Shown here piece by piece: positions 18,703 to 28,603 of a stretch of DNA of 64,000 nucleotides. A model generated the notes under the pieces. The model was not told where the DNA came from. It saw only the letters and a list, made by a program, of their open reading frames with translations, and did not search any database. This DNA is from Eubacterium sp. (GTDB lineage Bacteria; Bacillota; Clostridia; Oscillospirales; Acutalibacteraceae), in assembly GCA_050872345.1 (NCBI GenBank), contig JBNMGQ010000001.1:2039-66038 (forward strand). The letters are read 5' to 3'. Position numbers and translations under genes: made by a program. The stretch's first letter is position 1. Every line of letters starts with the position of its first letter.

Positions 18703-20013
18703 TCACTCTCCGTTTGCAGCTTTGCAAATTGTATCAATAAATGTCTTTTTAACATTTGATTCTTCATGATTTCTCTTTCCACAATCAAATGCTTTTCTAC
18801 CATACTCCGAAATTTTTTCAGGGTTACTAATCAAATTTTTAAGCTTAGGCTCAATCTCGCTATATTCTGTTGCAATAATTGCAGAATCGTTTTCTGTCAA
18901 ATATTCAATAGGTGCAATTTTTTTATCACCTATTGCAAAAATGCATTTGCCACTTGCAAAATAGTCAGTCAATTTTGTTGAAAACGAAAGTCTTGCATCA
19001 TATCTGTGTGCCTTTTCGAGTGATTCAACAAAAACAACTATATCGGCATCACTTTGAATTTTAGCAACTTCTTCTTTTGGAACAGCACCTTTATAATGGC
19101 AACCGTTAGAATTCAAATAACCCATAATCTTATCGTCAAGCACTGTCGGTGAATAAATATCAAGCGTTGCCACTTCTTCATCTTTATTAATATCTTTCAA
19201 AGCTTTTGAAATTTCGACGAGAGAATTTGCACGACCTATAAGCAAATTGCCTGTATAAACCATTTTTATAGGTTTGTTCGGTTTTATTTCTTTAAATTCC
19301 AAATTGCTGTAATCAATGCCTTTTGTTAAAACCACACTATGCGTACCAAAAAGATTGTCGGTATCTTTAGCTTCTGTTTTTGTTATTGTGAACATTTCAT
19401 CGCAATTTTTTGCCAATTTTTTAACAACACGGCGAAGCATAAATCTGTGAATATATGCAAAAACATTTTTTCCACAGGACATATAAGAATAATTATCATC
19501 TGCAAGATAACAAACATATGGCTTGGGGAATTTTTTAAGTATGTATTGCTGAATTTTTGCAGTATATACTACAGGATAAATAGGAACAAAATAAACATCT
19601 GCGTCAAAATCTTTAACAAAATTATCAAGATCATTTGTTTTCCACTTGCCCAAACTCCAAACAATTTCACGCATAATTGTCATAAGCCAAGATTTCTTTT
19701 TATGAGCTTTTGAATAAAGATTTTTTTCTGCTTCAACTGCTTTTTTATCAGCTTCTTCACCGTTATATACTCTTTTACCTACAGATTTTCTGTTAATCAC
19801 GCTATGAATAATTTCATTTTCGGAAATTTGAAAAAATGTGTTACAAACAGGAGTGTTAGGCAAATCTGATTTGGTATAAATTTGCGCCACTTTGTCAGGG
19901 GTCCAAAATTTAAATAAATCAGTTTGAGTATGTATTCCACTGTCACTTCTCCATGTGCTTAATGATATAGCCAATACCTTTGGCAAATTTCCTTCACTGT
20001 AACTGTTTTCCAT
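18703..20013 (-). CDS. Putative GT-B glycosyltransferase
   Basis: MVYTGNL, ADIVVFVES…STKLTDYFASGK. Confidence 0.7.
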   Translation of the reverse strand: MENSYSEGNLPKVLAISLSTWRSDSGIHTQTDLFKFWTPDKVAQIYTKSDLPNTPVCNTFFQISENEIIHSVINRKSVGKRVYNGEEADKKAVEAEKNLYSKAHKKKSWLMTIMREIVWSLGKWKTNDLDNFVKDFDADVYFVPIYPVVYTAKIQQYILKKFPKPYVCYLADDNYSYMSCGKNVFAYIHRFMLRRVVKKLAKNCDEMFTITKTEAKDTDNLFGTHSVVLTKGIDYSNLEFKEIKPNKPIKMVYTGNLLIGRANSLVEISKALKDINKDEEVATLDIYSPTVLDDKIMGYLNSNGCHYKGAVPKEEVAKIQSDADIVVFVESLEKAHRYDARLSFSTKLTDYFASGKCIFAIGDKKIAPIEYLTENDSAIIATEYSEIEPKLKNLISNPEKISEYGRKAFDCGKRNHEESNVKKTFIDTICKAANGE

Positions 20014-20014
20014 A

Positions 20015-20992
20015 TTATTTTATCCTATCAAGTATTTTTAATCCTAATACAGTAATATCAAAGCCTAATATTTTATAAATTTTTGCTACTGTTTGAGGGC
20101 GTTTACTCATGCTGTATTTCAAAAGCCAAGATAAATTTTTGATTCGTTTTTTATACTGCTTTTTGTCACTTTCTTTAACTCGGTTATAAATAACCAAAAG
20201 ATTACTGTAGTATTTAGCTAATGAACCGAACAACGCTGTTTTAAATTCTTCATCTTTTAGTTTTGAAACATTTTTGCTCCATTTTTCTAATATGTAAACA
20301 AAATCTTTCAGATTTTTGATTTTTAATGATGTTGTAACCGAGTTTGCTCTTTGCCTGTAAGCAATAAATGATTCGTCAATAAATTCAATGTTATTTGAAT
20401 GAATAATCAAATCATAATTCCAATCCATATCTTCACAAACTAAATTCACATCAAATTTAATATTATTTTTCGCTATAACTTCTTTTCTGATAGCTTTTAT
20501 CCAAGCCATACCATAAAAAGAATCATTTTTAACTAAAGATTTGATTTTTTGAGCATAAGAGCTTTTTTCCATTGCATCTTTATAATCAAATCTGCAATTT
20601 TCAAATTTTTTTGTATCATCAAAATACTTTTGATATTTATAAAATATTAAATCGGCATTATTTTGCGTTTTTTCATTGATTTTCTCAAGAAAATCATTTT
20701 TTATTATAAAGTCGTCGCTGTCGATAAATATAATATATTCGCCTCTTGCTGTATTTGCTCCAAGATTTCGTGCTTCTGACTGACCACCGTTTTTCTTATG
20801 AATAACATTGATATTACTATGCTCTTTTGCAAATTTATCGCATATAGCAGGACTGTTATCTGTTGAACCATCATCGACTAAAATAATTTCATAATCGGTA
20901 AATGTTTGAGAAAGTATACTTTCAATACATTTTGTCAAGTACTTTTCAACATTATATATAGGCAAAATAACACTGAACTTCAATTTTATCAC
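20015..20992 (-). CDS. Glycosyltransferase family 2
   Basis: SVILPIYN, VDDGSTD, SEARN, FIDSDD, CED. Confidence 0.92.
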   Translation of the reverse strand: MIKLKFSVILPIYNVEKYLTKCIESILSQTFTDYEIILVDDGSTDNSPAICDKFAKEHSNINVIHKKNGGQSEARNLGANTARGEYIIFIDSDDFIIKNDFLEKINEKTQNNADLIFYKYQKYFDDTKKFENCRFDYKDAMEKSSYAQKIKSLVKNDSFYGMAWIKAIRKEVIAKNNIKFDVNLVCEDMDWNYDLIIHSNNIEFIDESFIAYRQRANSVTTSLKIKNLKDFVYILEKWSKNVSKLKDEEFKTALFGSLAKYYSNLLVIYNRVKESDKKQYKKRIKNLSWLLKYSMSKRPQTVAKIYKILGFDITVLGLKILDRIK

Positions 20993-22155
20993 CTTTCCGC
21001 AACTTGATTCAAATCAAGCAAAATATTGTTTAACATAATAGGACGGTCAAAATATTTTTCTGCTCTTTTGCGACCGGCTTTTGCCATATTTTCTCTTAAT
21101 TCACTATCGTTCAAAAGCTTTTCCATCCCGTTTTTGAGCGAGTCTATATTTTTCACCTCAACAAGCCAACCGGAAATTCCGTTTTCAACAACTTCCGACG
21201 GACCCGGAATATCTGTAGTAATAATCGGAATTCCGACACCCATAGCCTCCTGCAAAACCTTGCCGAAACCCTCTCTGTATGTTGGGTGAACCAAAAGGTT
21301 AAACATAGCCATATGCTTATAAACTTCATTTGGTGGTACATTACCTGTCAAAACTATATTTTGATTATCTTTGGCATATTTTAAATTTTCATCACTTATA
21401 GGGTTAGTATCATCAAGCATACCAACCAGAGCAAGATATACATTTTGGTTATTTTTTGAAACCGATTTAAAAGCTTCAATCAATTCATTAATACCCTTAT
21501 CTGCATTAATTCTGCCTACATAGCCATAAACGAAAGCATCTTGAGGAATATTATATTTTTCTCTCAATTCCTTTTTTACTGACTCATGGTCAAAAGAATC
21601 ACATTCTTTTAAACTTACACCCGTCGTTCCACCGATACCTACAACCGATATTTTTTCTGCCTTGCAAAGTCCCTCATCTATTGCAAATTGCCTGTTCATA
21701 GGACTTTGTGCACGGATAGTCGTAGACATTTTACAAGTTATTTTTTCAACAGTTTTAAAAACTTTTTTCTTAATTCCGTCAAACGAAACATAACGAAGTC
21801 CACACTGACTGTAAAGCCTTACTTTAACCCCACTCAAAAAACCTGCTACAGACGCATAAAGCGAAACATTAGGCGAGGTATAATAAATAACATCATACTT
21901 TTCTTTTTTAAAAAGTTTGATTAAAAATGCAGTGCATTTAAAAATATCAGAAACACTTGCACCCCTGTGCATAGGAAGATTTACACACTTTGCATAATCT
22001 TTATTTCTTTCAATAAACCCGTCTTCCATATCACATACCAATGTTACTTCGTATCCGTTTTTTGAAAGATTACGCATTGAATCAACAATAAACCAATCCA
22101 TAGTTTTTGAAATTGTTGTCAACGCACATATTTTTATAGGTGGCTTATTACTCAT
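20989..22155 (-). CDS. Glycosyltransferase family 4 (CapM-like)
   Basis: YVGRINADKG, PTYREGFGKVLQEAM. Confidence 0.9.
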   Translation of the reverse strand: MSNKPPIKICALTTISKTMDWFIVDSMRNLSKNGYEVTLVCDMEDGFIERNKDYAKCVNLPMHRGASVSDIFKCTAFLIKLFKKEKYDVIYYTSPNVSLYASVAGFLSGVKVRLYSQCGLRYVSFDGIKKKVFKTVEKITCKMSTTIRAQSPMNRQFAIDEGLCKAEKISVVGIGGTTGVSLKECDSFDHESVKKELREKYNIPQDAFVYGYVGRINADKGINELIEAFKSVSKNNQNVYLALVGMLDDTNPISDENLKYAKDNQNIVLTGNVPPNEVYKHMAMFNLLVHPTYREGFGKVLQEAMGVGIPIITTDIPGPSEVVENGISGWLVEVKNIDSLKNGMEKLLNDSELRENMAKAGRKRAEKYFDRPIMLNNILLDLNQVAER

Positions 22156-22999
22156 TTTTATTCTCCGTTTGATTTACAATTTCATTAACAAGTTGTTTTA
22201 CTTTTTCATGATTTAAAAGCAATTCTTGTTGAGTCATTTTTGCAGCAATTTCTTCCGTTTTTCTTATATTTTCAATTTCCGTACCGAAAACTTTTCCGAT
22301 TTTTTCTAAATCATCAATTTTGTCTGCATTACAAAACGACCTTGAAAGAATTGCACATTTTGAATCTAAACGATAATGTTCTTTAATTATATATTCAGCA
22401 GGTAATACACCGTAACCTATCCTTGCAATTCCACCGAAACCATATTTATTTGTTTCTTGGCTTATTTTTTCACAAATATTATCAACCGTACCGTTAGCCA
22501 AAAGTTCAAACATAAAATCTAAACCGTATGCCAAATGCAAATCGTTGAGCCCGATATGAATTTCGTCTATACCGTCTACTTCTAATATCTCGTCCAAATT
22601 TTCAACTGCTTCACGGGTTTCCAAAAGAAGCATTGTTTTTGTTCTTTTACCTACTGCATTGACAAATCTTTTAACATCATCTGCAGTTTTAAACATAGGG
22701 AGCATTATAATGTCTGCTCCGGCATTAACAACTTCATCAATTTCTTGTTCGGTGCTGCTCCATTTATCCGTTTCTTCATGAATAGGATTAACTCTTACAA
22801 GCAGTTCACTTGTTGACAAAACAGTTCTAAGTCTTTGAACATCTTTAACTGTATGATTCGATTTAACGGTATTCATACCTTTCTGTCTTTCTTCTTTGCC
22901 GATATATTCCATATCAACAAAAATCCTGTCAACACCTGCATTTTGTGCAATCTTAGCAATTTCGGTGTTATTAGTAATATACATCAATTTTAAAGACAT
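22148..22999 (-). CDS. HpcH/HpaI aldolase / citrate lyase family protein
   Basis: RIFVDME, LLVRVNP, IMLPM, LLET, HIGLNDL. Confidence 0.82.
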   Translation of the reverse strand: MSLKLMYITNNTEIAKIAQNAGVDRIFVDMEYIGKEERQKGMNTVKSNHTVKDVQRLRTVLSTSELLVRVNPIHEETDKWSSTEQEIDEVVNAGADIIMLPMFKTADDVKRFVNAVGKRTKTMLLLETREAVENLDEILEVDGIDEIHIGLNDLHLAYGLDFMFELLANGTVDNICEKISQETNKYGFGGIARIGYGVLPAEYIIKEHYRLDSKCAILSRSFCNADKIDDLEKIGKVFGTEIENIRKTEEIAAKMTQQELLLNHEKVKQLVNEIVNQTENKNE

Positions 23000-23011
23000 A
23001 CTTTTCTCTCT

Positions 23012-23887
23012 TTACTCAGCAATCTTTTCTTTCTCTTTTTTAAGTTCTCCTGTTCCGCCTTCAACAACGCCGTCTGTTTTAACTACTGAAAGAACAGAAT
23101 CAAGGAAACATTTTGCATCAAATGCAAAGCTTAAATTTTCAACATACTCACCGTCGAGTTTTGCCTTTTCTTCAATTTCAAGTTCGTCACGACCGTTAAT
23201 TTGTGCCCAGCCGGTCAAGCCCGGTTTAACATCGTTTGCACCGTACTTATCTCTTTCGGCAGTAAGCAAATCCTGATTCCACAAACCCGGTCTCGGTCCG
23301 ATTACTGACATATTACCGACAAAAATTTCCCATATTTGAGGAAGCTCATCAAGGCTGTGTGCTCTGATAAACTTGCCTACTTTTGTTATGTACTGCTCAG
23401 GATTTTCAAGCTGATGAGTCGGAATATCATGAGGAGTATCAAGACGCATACTTCTAAACTTATGAAGTTTGAAATATTGCTTATTTTGACCCATTCTTTT
23501 TTGTGTGAACAAAACAGGACCCGGGTCCTCAACTTTAATGGCAAGTGCAATTGCACCCATTACAGGAGACAATGCAACCAAGCCACCAAATGACAAAACC
23601 ACATCAAGTCCCCTTTTTACATATTTATCATAAAAATTCGAAGTATAGTCAGAATTTGCAACAGCCTCAAGGTGACCTTTCACGCCGTCGGCATTTTCCT
23701 TGTCGTTTTCATCAGATACAAAAACGACCTTTTTACCCTCGAGTTCATTTTTCTGTTCAGGTTCGTTTTCATAAACAGAATCGGCTTTTGTCTTCTTAGC
23801 TACAACAGTTAGTCCAACAAACGCACTTCCTATTAATGCTGCCGAAACACCTAATATTTTGCCTATTTTCTTTTCAAAAAAAGACAT
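23012..23887 (-). CDS. Initiating sugar (phosphoglycosyl) transferase
   Basis: KRGLD, KFRSM, SLDELPQ, GNMSVIGPRP, KPGLTGWAQ. Confidence 0.92.
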   Translation of the reverse strand: MSFFEKKIGKILGVSAALIGSAFVGLTVVAKKTKADSVYENEPEQKNELEGKKVVFVSDENDKENADGVKGHLEAVANSDYTSNFYDKYVKRGLDVVLSFGGLVALSPVMGAIALAIKVEDPGPVLFTQKRMGQNKQYFKLHKFRSMRLDTPHDIPTHQLENPEQYITKVGKFIRAHSLDELPQIWEIFVGNMSVIGPRPGLWNQDLLTAERDKYGANDVKPGLTGWAQINGRDELEIEEKAKLDGEYVENLSFAFDAKCFLDSVLSVVKTDGVVEGGTGELKKEKEKIAE

Positions 23888-23904
23888 CTAATATCCTCCA
23901 AAGC

Positions 23905-25860
23905 TTAAATAACTTTTACTATATTCATTTCCATTGATTCTTCTGCGTTCTTATTAACTTCCTCAGGGCGTTTAAAGGTTGGCACAACCGAACGAAGTGC
24001 CTCTCTTGCCAAGTCATCGTCTTTTGACTTAATTGCATTCTTAAGCACCGAAAGTTTTTGCTCGACCTCATCATATGAAATCGGTTTTTCTCTTTCGACG
24101 AAAATCAATTCATTATCTGTAGTGTCAAGTTCATCCGTTCTGACTAATAATTCTTCATAAAGTTTTTCACCGGGACGAAGACCGGTTTCAATAATTTCAA
24201 TATTATGAGCGCCGGAAAGGTTAATCATATTTTTAGCAAGGTCATAAATCTTAATCGGCTGACCCATATCGAGAACAAATATTTCGCCGTTTTTAGCCAT
24301 TGAACCTGACTGAAGAACAAGTTGAGATGCCTCCGGAATAGTCATAAAATAACGGATTATTCTCTTATCAGTCAAAGTGACCGGACCGCCTTCCGCAATT
24401 TGCCTTTTAAATAGCGGAATTACAGAACCTGCCGAGCCGAGAACATTACCGAATCTTGTACAAGAGCACTTAACCTTACCTCTTGTACTATAGCTTTGCA
24501 CAACCATCTCGCACATACGCTTTGTTGCACCCATAACATTTGTCGGGTTGACTGCTTTATCGGTTGACACCATCATAAATCTTTCAACACCGTATTCTTC
24601 GCAAAGCTCAAGCACATTTTTCGTTCCGAAAACATTGTTTTTTATTGCCTCAACGCAATTATGTTCCATAAGAGGAACATGCTTATGTGCAGCAGCATTA
24701 ATAACTATTTGCGGGTGATATTTTTCAAAAACAACGCTCATTGCGTCTTTATCGGTGATTGATGCAATTTCAACTTCTAAATTAAAATCTTTACCGTATT
24801 TAAATTTTAATTCTTGCTGAACATCATAAACACCGTTTTCATAAATATCTAAAACGATAATTTGCTTAGGGTTCATTTTAGCAAGCTGACGGCAAAGTTC
24901 ACTTCCTATTGAGCCTCCACCACCTGTAATTAAAACAACCTTGTTGCAATAATATTCAAAAGTTCTTTCATCAGCTACTGTAATTTGCTTTCTGAAAAGC
25001 AAATCTTCAATATCAAACTCACGAAGTTGACGCTTTTTTCCTGCTGTTTGAAACGACGGATAATCATAAATTTTTATTTTGCATCCTGATTTTTTATAAT
25101 ATTCATAAAGTTCTTTTGTATTTTCTGTTGATTCGGGTAATGCAAAAATAATTTCCTTAACGCTTTCCTGTTTTAAAATATCAAAAGTGTTTTCTTCCTC
25201 TTGATATACAGGAATGCCGTGAATTTCTCTTCCTGTTTTTTCATTGTTAATATCAAAAAAGCACTTTGGTATATATGATGAATTTTTATTTGAAAGCAAT
25301 TCTTCGGCAAGACTTACTCCGACACTTCCGGCACCTACAATTGCAACATAGATTTTATGAGAATCATCATCCTTTTTAACATTTACGCCAAGTGCAAATA
25401 TCCTAAGAAGCGCTCTCATTATTTTACCTTTGACACTAAGCTCATTGCCGTATTTAAAGCAATAACGATATGCCATTCTCATTGCAAGAATTACAAGAGT
25501 ATCAAATGCAGTCAATGCTATCAATTTTGAAATAGAAAAGCGTTCAAAATTGAACAAGCCGCAGCAAATAGATTCAAAACAAATATAAAGGAACATGCTC
25601 ACCAAATCGGCAAGTAACAATTTCATATAACACTGTATTCCGCCGTATCGCCATATTTGGTTGTATATTTTACCGAATAATCTGCACAAAAAGACTAAAA
25701 TATATCCGGAACAAAAGTTAATTACAATGTCCCTGATACTCATAGTTCTAAGACTGTTATTGAGCAAAAACATCAAACAAAATGTCAACAAATATACAAT
25801 TGTATCATAAAAAACAAGCGTCCACTTAATGCTGAATATTTGTTTTAATTTCGTTTTCAT
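23905..25860 (-). CDS. capD: CapD/PglF-like membrane nucleoside-diphosphate sugar 4,6-dehydratase
   Basis: N-terminal TMs; TGGGGSIG, AAAHKHVP, STDKAVNPTNVMGATK, RFGNVLGS, GLRPGEKLYEEL. Confidence 0.92.
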   Translation of the reverse strand: MKTKLKQIFSIKWTLVFYDTIVYLLTFCLMFLLNNSLRTMSIRDIVINFCSGYILVFLCRLFGKIYNQIWRYGGIQCYMKLLLADLVSMFLYICFESICCGLFNFERFSISKLIALTAFDTLVILAMRMAYRYCFKYGNELSVKGKIMRALLRIFALGVNVKKDDDSHKIYVAIVGAGSVGVSLAEELLSNKNSSYIPKCFFDINNEKTGREIHGIPVYQEEENTFDILKQESVKEIIFALPESTENTKELYEYYKKSGCKIKIYDYPSFQTAGKKRQLREFDIEDLLFRKQITVADERTFEYYCNKVVLITGGGGSIGSELCRQLAKMNPKQIIVLDIYENGVYDVQQELKFKYGKDFNLEVEIASITDKDAMSVVFEKYHPQIVINAAAHKHVPLMEHNCVEAIKNNVFGTKNVLELCEEYGVERFMMVSTDKAVNPTNVMGATKRMCEMVVQSYSTRGKVKCSCTRFGNVLGSAGSVIPLFKRQIAEGGPVTLTDKRIIRYFMTIPEASQLVLQSGSMAKNGEIFVLDMGQPIKIYDLAKNMINLSGAHNIEIIETGLRPGEKLYEELLVRTDELDTTDNELIFVEREKPISYDEVEQKLSVLKNAIKSKDDDLAREALRSVVPTFKRPEEVNKNAEESMEMNIVKVI

Positions 25861-25878
25861 AAAATATCTCCAACACAA

Positions 25879-26057
25879 AATTTGGGCAAAGAAAAAGACT
25901 TTTTGACACGACGGATCGGTTGCGTTTTTGACGCAACTTATTTCAAGTATCCAAAGTCTTTAAAAAGCACATATAAATTTCAATTGCATAAAATTCAGCA
26001 AATTTATGCTTTCCCACAACGACGCATTAAGGCGTTGCGTCATCCATACCCAAAATT
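25879..26057 (-). ncRNA. Candidate structured 5' leader of the polysaccharide operon
   Basis: Nested stems: 26047..26057 with 25879..25888; 26036..26041 with 26021..26026; 26000..26008 with 25986..25994; 25953..25961 with 25894..25902; 25931..25937 with 25919..25925. Confidence 0.55.
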
Positions 26058-26090
26058 ATTACACTATTAAAAAGATTATAATTTATATTT

Positions 26091-26119
26091 ATTATATAGT
26101 ATGTATAAATGAGTGTCAA
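26091..26119 (-). promoter_or_regulatory. Consensus SigA promoter of the polysaccharide operon
   Basis: TTGACA-17 bp-TATAAT. Confidence 0.85.
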
Positions 26120-26134
26120 CAAAAAATTATCAAT

Positions 26135-26141
26135 TTCGACA
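26135..26141 (-). promoter_or_regulatory. Spo0A box (TGTCGAA)
   Basis: TTCGACA on the + strand, 15 bp upstream of the -35. Confidence 0.45.
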
Positions 26142-26207
26142 TATTTATGTAACAACTTGTCAGATAAGTTACAAAGTGTACTATTAAGGGTTCAAGATTA
26201 GTTCATA

Positions 26208-26789
26208 TCAGTTCATATATTTTTCTTCAAGCATTTCCTTAAAACGCTTGCCACCGAAAATAAAAATCCTTTCACCGTCAACAATATCCGAAACAGGATA
26301 TTTATAATTGACATCTCGATTAATTTGGACTGTATTCATAATTGAATCATTTATGTATCTGCAAAACATATCTCCGTCAAGTGCAAAATCAGAAACCACA
26401 TGATTTACATAACTAATCATTCGTTTATCTTTGAGTGGAGCAAAGGCAAACGATTTTGAAGCATTAGTATATTTCGGCAATATATTTTCAGTCATATTTT
26501 TATCATTTTCATAAATTTTCTTCATATAAAAAACTACTGCATTATAAATATTTTCAAGCATATCAACTTTAAAATCGATAAGAAAAACAGTAAATTTACT
26601 TGCAAAATTTACAATGGCAAGGCTTTTTCTGCCGTTAACATCAAACGACTTCATTCCCCATTCAAATAGGCTTTTGCCCGTTTCTTTTTCTATAATCTGT
26701 TCAAATTCACGCTTATATTCACCGTCAAGTTTTTTAATCGGTTTCAGTCCGTATTCTTTGAAGGTCTTTTTAGTTGCATAAAAGATCAT
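26208..26789 (-). CDS. Hypothetical protein, DUF6933-like
   Basis: MIFYATKK…LFEW…NGRKSLAIVN…KFTV pattern; good RBS. Confidence 0.55.
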   Translation of the reverse strand: MIFYATKKTFKEYGLKPIKKLDGEYKREFEQIIEKETGKSLFEWGMKSFDVNGRKSLAIVNFASKFTVFLIDFKVDMLENIYNAVVFYMKKIYENDKNMTENILPKYTNASKSFAFAPLKDKRMISYVNHVVSDFALDGDMFCRYINDSIMNTVQINRDVNYKYPVSDIVDGERIFIFGGKRFKEMLEEKYMN

Positions 26790-27174
26790 AAAAGTTCTCC
26801 TTTTAATACATTGTTTTCATCGGTTTAATTCTTTATAGCGCTAATATACTTCCATTCATTTTTACAAATTCCGGCAGTATCTAAGATTGACGAAATCACA
26901 AAAATCGGGTCAAGTGATGATTCACCGTCAAATTTATTAAAACAATTTGTTGCAACATAGTAAGCAAGCGTATCATTAGTACATTTGCAAACTTTTCAAT
27001 CATTTTGTCCATTTATTTCATATTTATGTTAGCATAAATCAGATTCATTATCAATGTAAGTCTTGAATAAAACGCAATAAAGCCAAATAAATCGATGTGA
27101 ATAGTGAAACGGTCGCTTAAATGCAACCCAAATTAAGATAAAAATAATAACGCCCATCAATGATGAGCGTTAAG

Positions 27175-27498
27175 TTATTGTTCTAATGATAAGTGTTTGT
27201 CTAAGTTCATTTTAGCATAAAGAATATTAGTTACATACACAGTTTTATTATCATTATCAACTGTATAAAAAATACAATAATTATCAACAGATACCATTCT
27301 TAAATTATATGATTTATATTTTTCTTTATCGTATTCTTTAAACCTTTCCGGCATGGTTGCTAATGATTGAATTAGATTTTTAATCTTATAATATAAATTT
27401 GATGCCGCATGTGGCATTTTTAATTCAATTGATATATATTCAATAACTGCTTTTAAATTGTTTTCAGCCTCTTCAGACATCATTACTGTATAATTCAT
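27175..27498 (-). CDS. RelE/ParE family toxin
   Basis: SEEAENNL…IEYI…SLATMPER…VDNYCIFY; overlaps the antitoxin stop codon. Confidence 0.85.
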   Translation of the reverse strand: MNYTVMMSEEAENNLKAVIEYISIELKMPHAASNLYYKIKNLIQSLATMPERFKEYDKEKYKSYNLRMVSVDNYCIFYTVDNDNKTVYVTNILYAKMNLDKHLSLEQ

Positions 27499-27797
27499 AA
27501 ATTGTATTGCCTTTCAATATCGCCAAAAACATCCGATGCAAGATGCATCTTGCCTTCTTCCACATCATTTAAGCCTTTTTTAATTCGAGCGTCCACTTCT
27601 TTCTCGGACATATACGATATATCAAGAGGGTTTCTTGGAAGTTTCATTTCAAAAGGTATACCATCTTGCAAGATAATTTGTTTATAGAACATATTGATTG
27701 CATTTGAAACAGGAATACCAAGAGCTTCAAGAATATTTTCAGCCTCTTCTTTAATTTCCGGTTCAATTCTAACTGATACATTTGCTGATTTTGCCAT
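27495..27797 (-). CDS. RelB/DinJ family antitoxin
   Basis: VSVRIEPEIKEEAENILEALGIPVSNAINMF…GIPF. Confidence 0.9.
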   Translation of the reverse strand: MAKSANVSVRIEPEIKEEAENILEALGIPVSNAINMFYKQIILQDGIPFEMKLPRNPLDISYMSEKEVDARIKKGLNDVEEGKMHLASDVFGDIERQYNL

Positions 27798-27890
27798 AAT
27801 TATTACCCCTTTCATTTATTCTTTCTATATTATTATAGCACTTTGTATCAACAATAGCAATACAATTAGTTTGCTGAAACTGTAATATTT

Positions 27891-28070
27891 TAACCGGACA
27901 AATCCAAAAAAATAACCGGACAGCTGAAAAAGCAGTATTTTTGTTAAAATTTGACTGGACAAAATCTAATTAGTTTTACCGGACTCAATTTATATTAAAC
28001 CGGACAAAATTATCAGTTTTGCTGATATATAAATGTAAGTTCCTACTTATATTTATATATTATATATTAG
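27891..28070 (+). repeat. Iteron-like direct repeats followed by an AT-rich tract (candidate oriV)
   Basis: Five copies of (T/A)AACCGGACA-like 10-mers at 27891, 27913, 27952, 27976 and 27997, then a near-pure AT run at ~28025..28070. Confidence 0.6.
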
Positions 28071-28552
28071 TCATTCTTCATATTAGTTATTCTTGCCTTA
28101 ACAGAATTAGCATTCTTTTCTTTTAAAAAATTATATCTTATAAGTTATATATTATAGGAGCAATGCAAAAATCCAACACAAGAGCTGACAAAAGCGATAA
28201 CTATGTTATAGCGTCCTAAAGAAATAATTAAAAAGCAAAACCGACAACAACGACATATAAAGCACTTGGTTTTTTATTGAGAACATAATGTTTATCTAAT
28301 CACGATTTAGTAAATCACGATTAGACAATATCATAAAAACAGCTATGTAATGGTTATTCTTTTCGAAAGTGCAATGAGTTTTACAAAAATTCTTTTTGCA
28401 GAAAAAACAATACAAAACTTTACAATCTTGAGCAAATCGTAGAACAAAATTAAATAAAAATATGTCATTAGCCGATTGGTTTTCGTTTGAAAATTAGTCG
28501 TTTTTTTGCGTTTAATAAAATTAAAACATCATACCCTCCGAACAAACTAAGT

Positions 28553-28603
28553 AAAAAAGAGCCAAATCTTCAAAAAAAGAAGACTTGGCTCTTTGATTTT
28601 TTT
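28553..28603. terminator. Intrinsic terminator-like hairpin
   Basis: AAAGAGCCAAATCTTC-A7-GAAGACTTGGCTCTTT with flanking A/T runs. Confidence 0.55.

Noticed and set aside
2013-23799. Many + strand ORFs of 60-200 aa
   Set aside because: Antisense shadows of the minus-strand polysaccharide genes, with no motifs.
25884-25937. c-di-GMP-I riboswitch (GGGCAAA…GACGCAA)
   Set aside because: The motifs lie on the non-transcribed strand, with the wrong spacing and no GAAA tetraloop stem.
26825-27100. Degraded ORF on the minus strand (…KCTNDTLAYYVATNCF…)
   Set aside because: Interrupted by stops and no recognisable family; cannot be supported.
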